This document shows positions 48,918 to 58,061 of a DNA stretch of 64,000 nucleotides, in pieces. How positions within the stretch are numbered: the stretch's first letter is position 1; every line of letters begins with the position of its first letter. The stretch spans positions 1 to 64,000 of the forward strand of contig WJMO01000008.1 of NCBI GenBank assembly GCA_014727915.1, given 5' to 3'. This DNA comes from Candidatus Altiarchaeales archaeon (GTDB lineage Archaea > Altiarchaeota > Altiarchaeia > IMC4 > SCGC-AAA252-I15). A model generated the notes under the pieces. The model was not told the origin of the DNA and searched no databases. It worked only from the letters and a program-made list of their open reading frames with translations. The position numbers were made by a program, and so were the translations under genes.

Positions 48918-50101
48918 TCCCATTCGGTTAGTCTCTTTTGCGTGTATGTGAAGTAGTCTTCTGGCTTGAAGCCTTTCATCTTATCCCTGTCTTCAGGTAA
49001 TGAGTAGATGTTGACTGTGAGCTTCTCCCGCTCGCTCTCCTCAAGGGACTTAGCCAGCACAGACACCTCACCAATGTCTTTCAGCCCTTCACCTGTCTTT
49101 ACCTTCACCTTGAACTCGCTCATCCGTATCTCCGGGTAGTCCAGGAGCAGATACCCTTCCTTTACGCCATGGTCTCCGGCTATGGTGGACTCCACAGCCC
49201 GGCTGTTCTCTGACAGCTCCTTCCTCGACTCCCCCGTCAAGGAAACTATCTTCTCGGAGAACACATCCTTGAACAGCCTGCGACCGTCCAGCCTGGACGT
49301 TATATCCCGCACATAGCCCTTCGACGACCTCATCATGGCCATCAAGCCTATGTCGTCCAATGCCGCGAGCTGGAAGGCCTTGTCCCTGGTGTCCGCGAGC
49401 TTGAGCAGGGCGTGGGTCATCATAGACTCCGCAATCCTCTTGGTGTGGTGTCGGTAGACGGTCTGGTACATCAGGTTTCGGTTTATGAGCAGGGACTCGG
49501 CAGCCTCCAAACCACCCTCCTCAACTACCACGGAGCCCTTCTCCAACCTGACGCTCTGAAGCATCCTCTCGACGTCCGTCACGCCATATGCGACGCCGGC
49601 ATAGTAGGCGTCCCGGACGAGGTAGTCCATCTTGTCGACGTCGACCTCGGAGGACAGCAGACCCCCCAGCCTACCCTTGCCTGCAATGAGCTCCGCGACA
49701 TCCGAAGGTTTCACCCCGCCCTCCCTGAGGACGTCGGAGACCTCCGACTCCAACACGATCCTCCGGGACTCTTTCTCATGGTCGAACCCGTAGCACCCCA
49801 TCACGTCGAATGTGTGGCTGAACGGGCCATGGCCCACGTCATGCAACAGGGAAGCGGCTTTGAACGTGATAGAATCCTGTTCGGACAGGCCGATGCGGTC
49901 CGAGAGATGGCCTGCCAGGTGGTAGACTCCGAGGCTGTGCTCGAACCTGGTCGAGTTCATAGCAGGATATACAAGGTAGCATAGGCCGTTCTGCTTGACG
50001 TTCCTGAGCCGCTGCATGAGGCCGGTGTCCACAAGCCCGGTGAAGAACCCGTCCAAGCCTATGTTACCGTGTATGGGGTCCCTGACAACCTTGGAAGCCA
50101 T
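48914..50101 (-). CDS. HD-domain phosphohydrolase (SAMHD1/dNTPase-like)
   Basis: RDPIHG, RFEHSLG, LLHDVGHGPFSH, DVDKMDYLVRD, VYRHHT. Confidence 0.9.
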   Translation of the reverse strand: MASKVVRDPIHGNIGLDGFFTGLVDTGLMQRLRNVKQNGLCYLVYPAMNSTRFEHSLGVYHLAGHLSDRIGLSEQDSITFKAASLLHDVGHGPFSHTFDVMGCYGFDHEKESRRIVLESEVSDVLREGGVKPSDVAELIAGKGRLGGLLSSEVDVDKMDYLVRDAYYAGVAYGVTDVERMLQSVRLEKGSVVVEEGGLEAAESLLINRNLMYQTVYRHHTKRIAESMMTHALLKLADTRDKAFQLAALDDIGLMAMMRSSKGYVRDITSRLDGRRLFKDVFSEKIVSLTGESRKELSENSRAVESTIAGDHGVKEGYLLLDYPEIRMSEFKVKVKTGEGLKDIGEVSVLAKSLEESEREKLTVNIYSLPEDRDKMKGFKPEDYFTYTQKRLTEWD

Positions 50102-50121
50102 GGTAGTAACTTTATTACCAT
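50100..50121. promoter_or_regulatory. 22-bp imperfect palindrome in the divergent HD/rfcL promoter
   Basis: ATGGTAGTAA-CT-TTATTACCAT (1 mismatch). Confidence 0.4.
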
Positions 50122-50140
50122 CCGTTAATATGTACTTACC

Positions 50141-51280
50141 ATGTGGTCTGAGAGGCACAGGCCCTCCTCCCTGGACGGTTTCATCGGTAAGAAGGCCATC
50201 GAGGAGGCGAGGGTATGGGACGGCAAACCGCTGATTGTGGCGGGCCCTACCGGGACAGGGAAGACCCTTCTAGCCAACCTCATAGCTGAGGACCGTGGCT
50301 GGGAGCTCGTTGAGGTGACCGGAGAGAACATCAAAGAAGCTGAGACCATCGCCAACACCGGCAGCTTGTTCGGATCCAAGAAGCTCATACTAGTAGAGAA
50401 CGTGGATTCCATAAGGGACATCAAAGCAGTCGCTTCACTGGTCGGGAAGACGTCGAATCCGATCATACTAACAACGGAGGACTACAGCAACCGGAGGATC
50501 ACTACCTTGAAGAAGAAGTGCGGGAAGATACAGCTGAGACGGCCCCTGCCAGCCTCCATAGTTAAACACCTTAAGAGCATATGCGAAGCCGAGGGTGTGG
50601 AGGTCGAGAAGGAGGTTTTGGAGAGGGTTGCCAAGGCCGTTGGAGGAGACATAAGAGCCGCCATAACAGACTTGGAAACCCTGGCAACCGGCAGGAAGAA
50701 GGTGACAGAGGAGGATATGGGAGAGCTGCTGGTGGAACGGGACAAGGAATCCGACATATACAGGGCTTTGAGCGTCATATTCGGGGGCCGGGACTTCCAG
50801 AAGGTCGTCTCGTCCACCTGGGACATAAGCGAGCAGCCCCGGGACGTGCTATGGTGGGTGGACGAGAACACCCCAAAACTCTACAGGAGCAAGGAGTCCA
50901 TAAGGGACTCGTATCAGAGCCTCAGCAGGGCGGACATCTACCTTGGCCGGATAATGAGGCGGCAGTACTGGGGCTTCCTCAGGTACGCTAACGTTTTGAT
51001 GACCGCAGGTGTGAACAGCTCAAGGCCGGAGAAGATAAACTTCACACAGTACAGCTTCCCAGGGTATTTCATGGCCATGAGCCGCAGCAAGAGCGCGCGG
51101 AACCTGGAGGAATCCATATCCTCCAAGATGGGTCCAGCCCTGCACGTCTCAACCAGGGTCATGAAGAAGGAGTACATACCACTCTACAAGCACCTGATAA
51201 GGAACGAGAGGGTGGACCGGGAATCCCTGAAAGAAGAGTTCAACCTGGAAGATGAAGAGGTTGACTACCTAAGCGCCTGA
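50141..51280 (+). CDS. rfcL: Replication factor C large subunit
   Basis: WSERHRP, GPTGTGKT, GDIRAAITDL, WVDEN, LSRADIYLGR. Confidence 0.92.
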   Translation: MWSERHRPSSLDGFIGKKAIEEARVWDGKPLIVAGPTGTGKTLLANLIAEDRGWELVEVTGENIKEAETIANTGSLFGSKKLILVENVDSIRDIKAVASLVGKTSNPIILTTEDYSNRRITTLKKKCGKIQLRRPLPASIVKHLKSICEAEGVEVEKEVLERVAKAVGGDIRAAITDLETLATGRKKVTEEDMGELLVERDKESDIYRALSVIFGGRDFQKVVSSTWDISEQPRDVLWWVDENTPKLYRSKESIRDSYQSLSRADIYLGRIMRRQYWGFLRYANVLMTAGVNSSRPEKINFTQYSFPGYFMAMSRSKSARNLEESISSKMGPALHVSTRVMKKEYIPLYKHLIRNERVDRESLKEEFNLEDEEVDYLSA

Positions 51281-52210
51281 ACCGTCGGCTCCCACTTCAG
51301 ACGACTCAACAGCGTCAACTTCCTCGTCCCCGTCCATTATGGCCTTCAAGTCGTCGAAGCTTATCCTCTTGCTGGTCTTCAGCTTCTCCTTGGCCTCGAC
51401 CGCCAGCTGGGCCTTCTTCTCATCCTCTCGCTTGGCCCTTATCTTCTCCAACTCCTCGGCGTATGGGGACATCTCCTCCTGGATCTTCTCCATCTCCTTC
51501 CGGGCCACGGTTATCTTGTCCTTGACGGGGTTGACTATCTTGTACTTTTCGATCAGCTTGTTATGGCTCTCATCAGCCTGCTTCCGTATCTCATCCACCT
51601 TGCTGTATATCCCCACCGCCTGCAGGTGGTATTTCTCGGACTCGTCGGCCAACGCCCTTATCTCAGCGGATATCCGGTCCGTCTCATCATCCAATGACTT
51701 GAGCTCCTCGTAGGTGTCCACGACCTTCTTATGGAATTCCGTGGCCTCCTTAGCAGCCTCAAGACGCTCCTGGAGCTTGAATATGCTGTTGAACAATGCT
51801 ATCTCCTTATCCAGGGGTATGTCCTTTGAGAGGAGCTTCTCCATGTCGCCTTCGTACTTGGACATGAGAGAGGAGTCTGTGCCGCGGGCGCTGCGGTTCA
51901 ACTTGTCCCGCTTCTCCTTGCTGGCCTTTATGGACCCGGACATGGACTTGATCTTGTCGTTTATCTTCTTCCGCTTCTCCTTCAAATCCGATATCTTGCC
52001 GTTCAGCTCGTCCCGCTTCTCCCTCAGCTCCCTCGCCTCCTGGGAGAGCTTCTTGCAAGCCTCGTTACCCTCGTCCCGGACCTTCCTCAGGTCGTTTATC
52101 TCCTTCTGGTGGGATTTAACCTCGGAAAGGAGATTGCTTATCTCCTTCTTTTTCTTGTTCACCTCGGTCCGTAGAGCGTTAATCTTGTCTTTCAGATCTT
52201 TCTCGTTCAT
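51269..52210 (-). CDS. Archaeal coiled-coil protein (COG1340-like)
   Basis: K/E-rich heptads; KRDELN, ADESEKYH, ISFDDL. Confidence 0.8.
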   Translation of the reverse strand: MNEKDLKDKINALRTEVNKKKKEISNLLSEVKSHQKEINDLRKVRDEGNEACKKLSQEARELREKRDELNGKISDLKEKRKKINDKIKSMSGSIKASKEKRDKLNRSARGTDSSLMSKYEGDMEKLLSKDIPLDKEIALFNSIFKLQERLEAAKEATEFHKKVVDTYEELKSLDDETDRISAEIRALADESEKYHLQAVGIYSKVDEIRKQADESHNKLIEKYKIVNPVKDKITVARKEMEKIQEEMSPYAEELEKIRAKREDEKKAQLAVEAKEKLKTSKRISFDDLKAIMDGDEEVDAVESSEVGADGSGA

Positions 52211-52536
52211 GATTTGAGTTCACCTAGGCGGCCCAGCCAGTAATCACGGGCTTTCTTGTGTTCGTCGATCAGGTCGCGGACCTTAGCGTAGTGGCTTTGG
52301 CTCTTGACCTTGAAGGTCGACTTCAGTTCCTTGAGCTCTTTTTCCGTTTCCTCCAGCTCCAGCCGGTATTTCTCGCCGCTTCCGTTCTCGTCCAGCCAGT
52401 GGAGGAGCTGGTCCTTCTTCTCCTTGAGCATCTGGACCTGCTGCATCTTCTCGACCTCGTCGGAGTATTCGCTTATGAACCGGTCGTGCTTCTCAACCAA
52501 TGCTTCGGCAAGTTTCTTGGGTGAAAAATCGCTCAT
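52207..52536 (-). CDS. Small coiled-coil hypothetical protein
   Basis: ATGA overlap with the downstream coiled-coil gene. Confidence 0.7.
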   Translation of the reverse strand: MSDFSPKKLAEALVEKHDRFISEYSDEVEKMQQVQMLKEKKDQLLHWLDENGSGEKYRLELEETEKELKELKSTFKVKSQSHYAKVRDLIDEHKKARDYWLGRLGELKS

Positions 52537-52573
52537 TCTAGCATATGATAAGTGAATCTTGCCATAAAAAGCT

Positions 52574-53188
52574 TTATCCCTCCCTTATGACATAGAAGAT
52601 CCTCTGCAATGCCGTCAGGTGGGACAGTACAGCCACCAATATCACGGCATATGTGAGGTAGACAGGATCAGCCAAGCCGAACAGCATACCGGCGTATATG
52701 ACGCCCAGACGCTCGAAACGCTCCATCAAGCCGCCGATGTTCCGGAGCTTCTCCGGGTCGGCTATCACATGCCGGTGGTCTGCGTAGGCGGTTATGAACG
52801 AGGGCATCAGCGCCCCGAACAGGAGGAACAGGAAGAGAAGATGATGTGATAACAGCACCTCCGGCGTGGACCGCAGGTAAAAGTACAAACCAAGATACAA
52901 TGTGAACTCCACATACCTGTCCACCACACCATCCAGGAAGGCGCCCAGGTTAGACACACTATCCGTGACCCTCGCGACCGTGCCGTCGATTATGTCCATG
53001 AACGCGCTGAAAAAGAACAGCAGAAGACCCCAAGCCAGGCTTCCATTGTACAATGCCATGAATCCTCCCAAGGCAGGAGCCAGAGAGAGAACAGTCCACA
53101 CGTTCGGAGGAATGCGCAATTTGCTGAACAATATGCCGATGCGCACGTCGACCCCGCGGGTCCTATCCCTGAAAGACGCCTTCAACAT
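52574..53188 (-). CDS. CDP-alcohol phosphatidyltransferase (archaetidylinositol phosphate synthase-like)
   Basis: PNVWT, DIIDGTVAR...GAFLDGVVDR signature. Confidence 0.9.
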   Translation of the reverse strand: MLKASFRDRTRGVDVRIGILFSKLRIPPNVWTVLSLAPALGGFMALYNGSLAWGLLLFFFSAFMDIIDGTVARVTDSVSNLGAFLDGVVDRYVEFTLYLGLYFYLRSTPEVLLSHHLLFLFLLFGALMPSFITAYADHRHVIADPEKLRNIGGLMERFERLGVIYAGMLFGLADPVYLTYAVILVAVLSHLTALQRIFYVIREG

Positions 53189-53289
53189 CCCGATTACCTT
53201 GATACAAATATTTCACCCCACAACTATTAATAAGATTCTGAATCGAAGCCTTAGAAACTAATAAACAGCAGCTGCCCAATATTAGATTG

Positions 53290-54459
53290 ATGGCAGGCGA
53301 AGTCAGAAAGGACCAGAGTCAGTCGAGGATAATCCTCCCAGCGGATGCGCAGGGTAGTGCAGCAGGCAAACTTGAGCTGATCGAGAACAGCCCATCTCGG
53401 GTAAGGGAGCTACGAACTGCTATACGAGTTAGGCTCGAACGGGAAGGCGGGCAGGTCAAAGGCTTTCCTGAACGCTTCGCAGACTATCTGACAGGAGACA
53501 CGCCAGACAGGAGGGAGCGGGCGGTATTGCGCGGCATACTGATGTCCGAGGCAATAAGGCTCCGCGAACTGTCCTCTTCTGGGACTCCCATACGCGGCAC
53601 CCTGAACGAGCTCATATTGGAGTCCGCAGACTTGGTTGCAGAACGCATGCATGAGCCTGATTTTCAGACGCGCAGACAGTTCACGACAGGAATGGCATTA
53701 TCTGCCTTATCCACTGTGGTGGATCCAACGGGGACAGTATCTGGTTTACTGGGTGAGATGCCGGAACAGGAGATGCCACAGCATACTAGTAGTGTGCCTG
53801 GTTACTATAAAATGTTCGGGTTAGAGGACCTTGTAACTCCTGATGGAAGATATACCTATGAGTGGGGAGTCAGAAGGGAGAACGAGCGAAGGCAGGAAGG
53901 CTACAGTGAAACTCAGATTAGGCCACTTCATTTTGACACGGTTTGGTGGGCTGCCCGTGTCGAGCTACAGGCAGTGGTAGGTGATGAGATTCAAAGAGGC
54001 CATCCTCGTGATGAGGCTCTGGAATGGGATCTCAGGCTTGTTATCGGATCAAAACACTGGTCTCCATTAAGCGTACTGGAAAAGCATGCAGGGGGTGACG
54101 ACAAAGTTGACCTAGAGCTGATAAGATTACAGGCACGCCCTGAAAATCTTAACAGACATCCGCCCATATTCACGGCAGAGGGTTTGAAGCGCGCCCGTAG
54201 CATGTTGCGCAGAATCGCTTCGATGCCTGCAGCAAGCAAGGAGTTGACTGAAAGCGTCAGAGAAGCAGCCCAAAGAGAAAGAGAAGACGCGCACAAATCG
54301 GGGAAAGAGGAGGTTGAAGCCAGAAGAGATTACCATGTAGGCGACTCCTCCTTCAATGGTTTGGAGCCTGACGTAAAAAGCGGACAACACAGGGACTGGT
54401 TCGAAGGGAAAAAGAAGGGAAAAATGGAGGGTTTGGCAGATAGATACCCTCCTTTTTGA
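53290..54459 (+). CDS. Hypothetical orphan protein
   Basis: 389-aa ORF with visibly atypical (more A/T-ending) codons; internal TRRQFTTGMALSAL segment. Confidence 0.7.
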   Translation: MAGEVRKDQSQSRIILPADAQGSAAGKLELIENSPSRVRELRTAIRVRLEREGGQVKGFPERFADYLTGDTPDRRERAVLRGILMSEAIRLRELSSSGTPIRGTLNELILESADLVAERMHEPDFQTRRQFTTGMALSALSTVVDPTGTVSGLLGEMPEQEMPQHTSSVPGYYKMFGLEDLVTPDGRYTYEWGVRRENERRQEGYSETQIRPLHFDTVWWAARVELQAVVGDEIQRGHPRDEALEWDLRLVIGSKHWSPLSVLEKHAGGDDKVDLELIRLQARPENLNRHPPIFTAEGLKRARSMLRRIASMPAASKELTESVREAAQREREDAHKSGKEEVEARRDYHVGDSSFNGLEPDVKSGQHRDWFEGKKKGKMEGLADRYPPF

Positions 54460-54470
54460 ATTCCACCTGC

Positions 54471-54508
54471 CTATCTTTCACTCTCGCCCTTAATGAACTC
54501 CTCAACCA
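54471..54508 (-). pseudogene. Remnant second copy of the ino1 3' end ([11 protein letters not shown])
   Basis: 31/38 identical to 54637-54674; all 7 differences at third codon positions. Confidence 0.85.
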
Positions 54509-54526
54509 CAGCCTTTTTAACACGTT

Positions 54527-54622
54527 AGGTTGGCGTGGACAACCTGCACCCCAAAACAGCTAAGGTGTTTTGGGGGGAAAAGACTGGCGGAAAATGTGTG
54601 GGGTTCGCTTCACCCACCCCAC
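54527..54622. repeat. Three-hairpin REP/MITE-like element
   Basis: AGGTTG/CAACCT (54527-54545), CCCCAAAACA/TGTTTTGGGG (54549-54575), GTGGGG/CCCCAC (54598-54622). Confidence 0.6.
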
Positions 54623-54636
54623 TGTTACCTTAATGA

Positions 54637-55728
54637 CTACCTCTCCCTCTCGCCCTTGATGAATTCTTCGACCATCTCCCTAGCGACGCTGTCCGTGTAT
54701 TGTATCATGGGGGACTTCATGAAGTAGCTGCTCGGGCTGGTGAGAGTCCCCGAGACGCCCCGGTCCAGTGCGAGCTTTATGCACCTTATGGCATCCACCA
54801 TCACGCCCGCGCTGTTAGGGCTGTCTTCGACGTCCAATCTGAGCTCGATGTTCAATGGCACGTCCCCGAACTTCCGGCCCTCCATGCGTATGAAGCAGAG
54901 CTTCTTGTCGTCCAACCATGGCACATAGTCGGAGGGTCCGATGTGTATGTCATCCGGGGGCAATTGCGTTGGAAGCTGGCTCTGGACGCTCTGGGTCTTC
55001 GAGATCTTCTTGCTCTTCAGCCGCGTGCGCTCCAGCATGTTAAGGAAGTCCGTGTTACCCCCGACGTTCAACTGGTAGGTGTGATCCAGTTTGACACCAC
55101 GGTCCACGAACAACCTCGTCAGAGTCCTGTGAACTATGGTAGCTCCCACCTGGCTCTTTATGTCGTCGCCGATGCACGGAAGCCCGGCCTCCCGGAACAT
55201 CTCATCACCGTCCTTGGTGCTGCAGATGAACACGGGCATCGCGTTGACGAAGGCAACCCCTGCCTTCACGCACTCGCCCGCGTAGAACCGTGCAGCCTCC
55301 TCCGAGCCGACGGGCAGGTAGCACATGGCCACGTCCGCCCCGGATTCCTCCAGCTCCTTCGCAACATTCACTGGGGCCTGCTTCGGGTCGACGGTGAACT
55401 TCTCCCTTGTCGTGTCCGCGACACCGTCCAGGACCGGGCCCTTCTTCACCTCAACATCCCAGCGGGGGACATCGCTGAATTTCACCGTGCAGTTGGGCTC
55501 CGCGAAGACCGCCTCCGAAAGGTCCGATCCCACCTTCTTGCTGTCAACGTCAAAGGCCGCGACGAACCTCATGTCCTTGATCATGTAGCCGCCGAGGCTG
55601 TTGTGCATAAGCCCCGGGATAAGCGGGTCCTCGGCCCTGACCCCCTTATAGTATTCCACGCCCTGAATAAGCGATGAAGCGCAGTTCCCAACCCCTATGA
55701 TCGCGACTTTTATATCCTTATTAGCCAT
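54637..55728 (-). CDS. ino1: Inositol-3-phosphate synthase
   Basis: [44 protein letters not shown]. Confidence 0.96.
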   Translation of the reverse strand: MANKDIKVAIIGVGNCASSLIQGVEYYKGVRAEDPLIPGLMHNSLGGYMIKDMRFVAAFDVDSKKVGSDLSEAVFAEPNCTVKFSDVPRWDVEVKKGPVLDGVADTTREKFTVDPKQAPVNVAKELEESGADVAMCYLPVGSEEAARFYAGECVKAGVAFVNAMPVFICSTKDGDEMFREAGLPCIGDDIKSQVGATIVHRTLTRLFVDRGVKLDHTYQLNVGGNTDFLNMLERTRLKSKKISKTQSVQSQLPTQLPPDDIHIGPSDYVPWLDDKKLCFIRMEGRKFGDVPLNIELRLDVEDSPNSAGVMVDAIRCIKLALDRGVSGTLTSPSSYFMKSPMIQYTDSVAREMVEEFIKGERER

Positions 55729-55778
55729 GATTAATACAGATATTTAATCATATATAAATATTTTATGGTTGTAAAACA

Positions 55779-56099
55779 ATGGCTTCGGGAAAACCCATGA
55801 ACCGGCTGAGGCGCAAGACGACCACAGAATGCCTCTGGCCCTACATACTATCCCTGATGAAAGAGGAACCCATATACGCCTACGAGATACGCGATATGGT
55901 AGAGAAACGATTCGGATTCAAGGTGGGCCAGGTGACAGCCTACATGGTCCTCTACAAGCTGGAGAAGGAAGGATACGTGGAGACGGAATGGCGTCAGGTT
56001 AACAACCGGCAGAGGAAATACTACAAGATAACACCCCCAGGAAACAGAGCATTCAAGGATGCGAAGGAATACCTGAAAGAGGCCTCAGAGAGCCTTTAG
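55779..56099 (+). CDS. PadR-family transcription regulator
   Basis: YAYEI, YMVLYKLEKEGYV, RKYYKITPPG. Confidence 0.9.
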   Translation: MASGKPMNRLRRKTTTECLWPYILSLMKEEPIYAYEIRDMVEKRFGFKVGQVTAYMVLYKLEKEGYVETEWRQVNNRQRKYYKITPPGNRAFKDAKEYLKEASESL

Positions 56100-56279
56100 C
56101 AGCGGAGCCGCCAAGGCAACTGCCTCCACGGACTCGGGCTGCTCCGTCACGACCACCAGGTTGTAACCGAACGCCCACCAGAGGATCAGAACAACGACTA
56201 TAACAAACAGTGCGACCGCGATTATCACAACCTCCCACAGGGGAAGGGTCTCGTCTATCTTCTTCAGCACGTCGATCAT
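56085..56279 (-). CDS. Small single-TM protein
   Basis: Hydrophobic VVIIAVALFVIVVVLILWW segment; directly downstream of pgk. Confidence 0.5.
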   Translation of the reverse strand: MIDVLKKIDETLPLWEVVIIAVALFVIVVVLILWWAFGYNLVVVTEQPESVEAVALAAPLLKAL

Positions 56280-56305
56280 TTCATAAACTAATACCCCACA
56301 GGAGT

Positions 56306-57523
56306 TTATAAGCCAGAGGATTTCAGCGCCTCCAAGGCGGGGAGCTTCACCCCCGCGAGGAAGTCGACACACGCCCCTCCACCGCTTGAAACGTGGGTTA
56401 TCTTGTCGGAGACGCCGAGGTTCTTGGCCGCCGCCACCGTGTGACCGCCGCCGATTACGCTGAAGCTCTTGGACTCGGCTATCGCCTTTATCATCTCCTC
56501 CGTCCCGTAGGCGAACTTCTTGTCCTCGAATATGCCCAACGCGCCGTTGGCGAATGAGGTCTTGGACTCGTTGATGAGCTTCTTGTACAGCTCGACCGTC
56601 TTGGCGCCGATGTCGCTTATCTTATAGTTCGTCGGAAGGTCTCCCACGTCGATCTCGCTCCGCTCCCCGCTCTTCTCCACCGCAAGGTCCCTGGGCAGGA
56701 CAATCCTGTCCTCGTACCTGTCCAGCAGCCTCTTAGCCACTTCTATCTGGTCTACCATCTTCTTGCCGCGGATGAACTCGATGTTGGGCTCGCCAATCCG
56801 GTAGTCCTTGGCAGCCAGGAATATGTTCGCGACCACACCCCCCGTCAGTATCCTGTCAGTGCCGTGCTCCAACGCCTTCTCAGCCACCCGAAGGCTGTCA
56901 TCCGCCTTAGTGCCGCCCAACACGAACGATATGGGATGCTCGGGGTTCTCGAGTATGCCGCCGATGATGCGGACCTCCTTCTCCATCAGCCTTCCAATAC
57001 ACGACGGAAGAACCATTGGGAAACCAACCACGGAAGGCTGGCTCCTGTGGGCGACGGCGAACGCGTCGTTCACGAAAAGATCGAAGAGGGGCGACATCCT
57101 CTGCACCATCACCGTCTTGGCCTGGACGTCCGCAGGCCTCTTCAGAACCTCCTCGCTGTAGAAACGCAGGTTCTCCAAGATGATCACATCCCCGCCGGAG
57201 AGGTTCTTAACGGCATTCTGGGCGTTCGAGCCGAAGATGTCATCCACGTAGGCAACGTCCTTCCCGACTATCTCGCCCAGCCGCCTGGAATGCTCCTTGA
57301 GGGTGGTGAAATCCTCCTCCCCCGGCCGGCCCTGATGGGCGATGCAGACAACTGCGGCATCGGAGTCGGTGAGCTCCTGGATGGTCTCCCTGTGGCTAAT
57401 GAAACGCCTGTCATCAAGGAAATCCCCGGTATCGGGGTCGATGGGAGAGTTCAAGTCCAAACGCAAAAGCACCTTCTTACCGGACACGTCAACGTCGTCC
57501 AGGGTCTTATAGCCGTTAAGCAT
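56306..57523 (-). CDS. pgk: Phosphoglycerate kinase
   Basis: RLDLNSP, HQGRP, LENLRF, NDAFAVAHR, GGGHT, SSGGGA. Confidence 0.96.
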   Translation of the reverse strand: MLNGYKTLDDVDVSGKKVLLRLDLNSPIDPDTGDFLDDRRFISHRETIQELTDSDAAVVCIAHQGRPGEEDFTTLKEHSRRLGEIVGKDVAYVDDIFGSNAQNAVKNLSGGDVIILENLRFYSEEVLKRPADVQAKTVMVQRMSPLFDLFVNDAFAVAHRSQPSVVGFPMVLPSCIGRLMEKEVRIIGGILENPEHPISFVLGGTKADDSLRVAEKALEHGTDRILTGGVVANIFLAAKDYRIGEPNIEFIRGKKMVDQIEVAKRLLDRYEDRIVLPRDLAVEKSGERSEIDVGDLPTNYKISDIGAKTVELYKKLINESKTSFANGALGIFEDKKFAYGTEEMIKAIAESKSFSVIGGGHTVAAAKNLGVSDKITHVSSGGGACVDFLAGVKLPALEALKSSGL

Positions 57524-57571
57524 CGCAAATCACCGGAAAGGATAATATAATTTAAAGCAGAGTATTAAAAC

Positions 57572-58057
57572 ATGGAAGTGTCCGATGCGATAGCGAACCG
57601 GAGGAGCATACGAAAATACACCGGCGAAGAAGTATCTGACAATGACATCAAGGCCGTCCTGGAAGCCGGCAGGTGGGGTCCCAGCGGACTGAACAACCAA
57701 CCCTGGAAGTTCAAAGTACTGAAAGGCAAGGTGAAGGACTCGATCGCAGAGCATACAAGGTACGGACACATCATAGAGGCCGCGCCCGCGTGCATCGCAG
57801 TGTTCCTGGACGTGGAAAACAGCTACAACCGGGACAAAGACCTCCAGGCAATCGGGGCGTGCATCCAGAACATGCTATTGAGGATACAGAGCCTCGGATT
57901 AGGCGCGGTCTGGCTGGGGGAGATACTCAACCAACGGGAGAAAGTCGAAGAAACCCTGGGAGTCGAGCATGAGCTCATGGCCGTGATAGCATTAGGCCAC
58001 CCAGGCGAAGAAGGGAGCTCAGACAGGAAGGACATGGGCGAACTACTGCTGGAATGA
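57572..58057 (+). CDS. Nitroreductase-family protein
   Basis: RRSIRKY, PSGLNNQPW, QNMLL...GLGAVW. Confidence 0.92.
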   Translation: MEVSDAIANRRSIRKYTGEEVSDNDIKAVLEAGRWGPSGLNNQPWKFKVLKGKVKDSIAEHTRYGHIIEAAPACIAVFLDVENSYNRDKDLQAIGACIQNMLLRIQSLGLGAVWLGEILNQREKVEETLGVEHELMAVIALGHPGEEGSSDRKDMGELLLE

Positions 58058-58061
58058 GATT

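Noticed and set aside
54471-54674. ino1 tail duplicate as a DGR template/variable repeat pair
   Set aside because: Mismatches are not adenine-specific (T/C, T/G and G/A in both directions), are wobble-restricted, and there is no reverse transcriptase
54700-55677. 325-aa antisense ORF over ino1, and similar shadow ORFs (4450-5115, 13010-13885, 38177-38827, 56864-57550)
   Set aside because: Expected by-product of high third-position GC in real genes; no motifs
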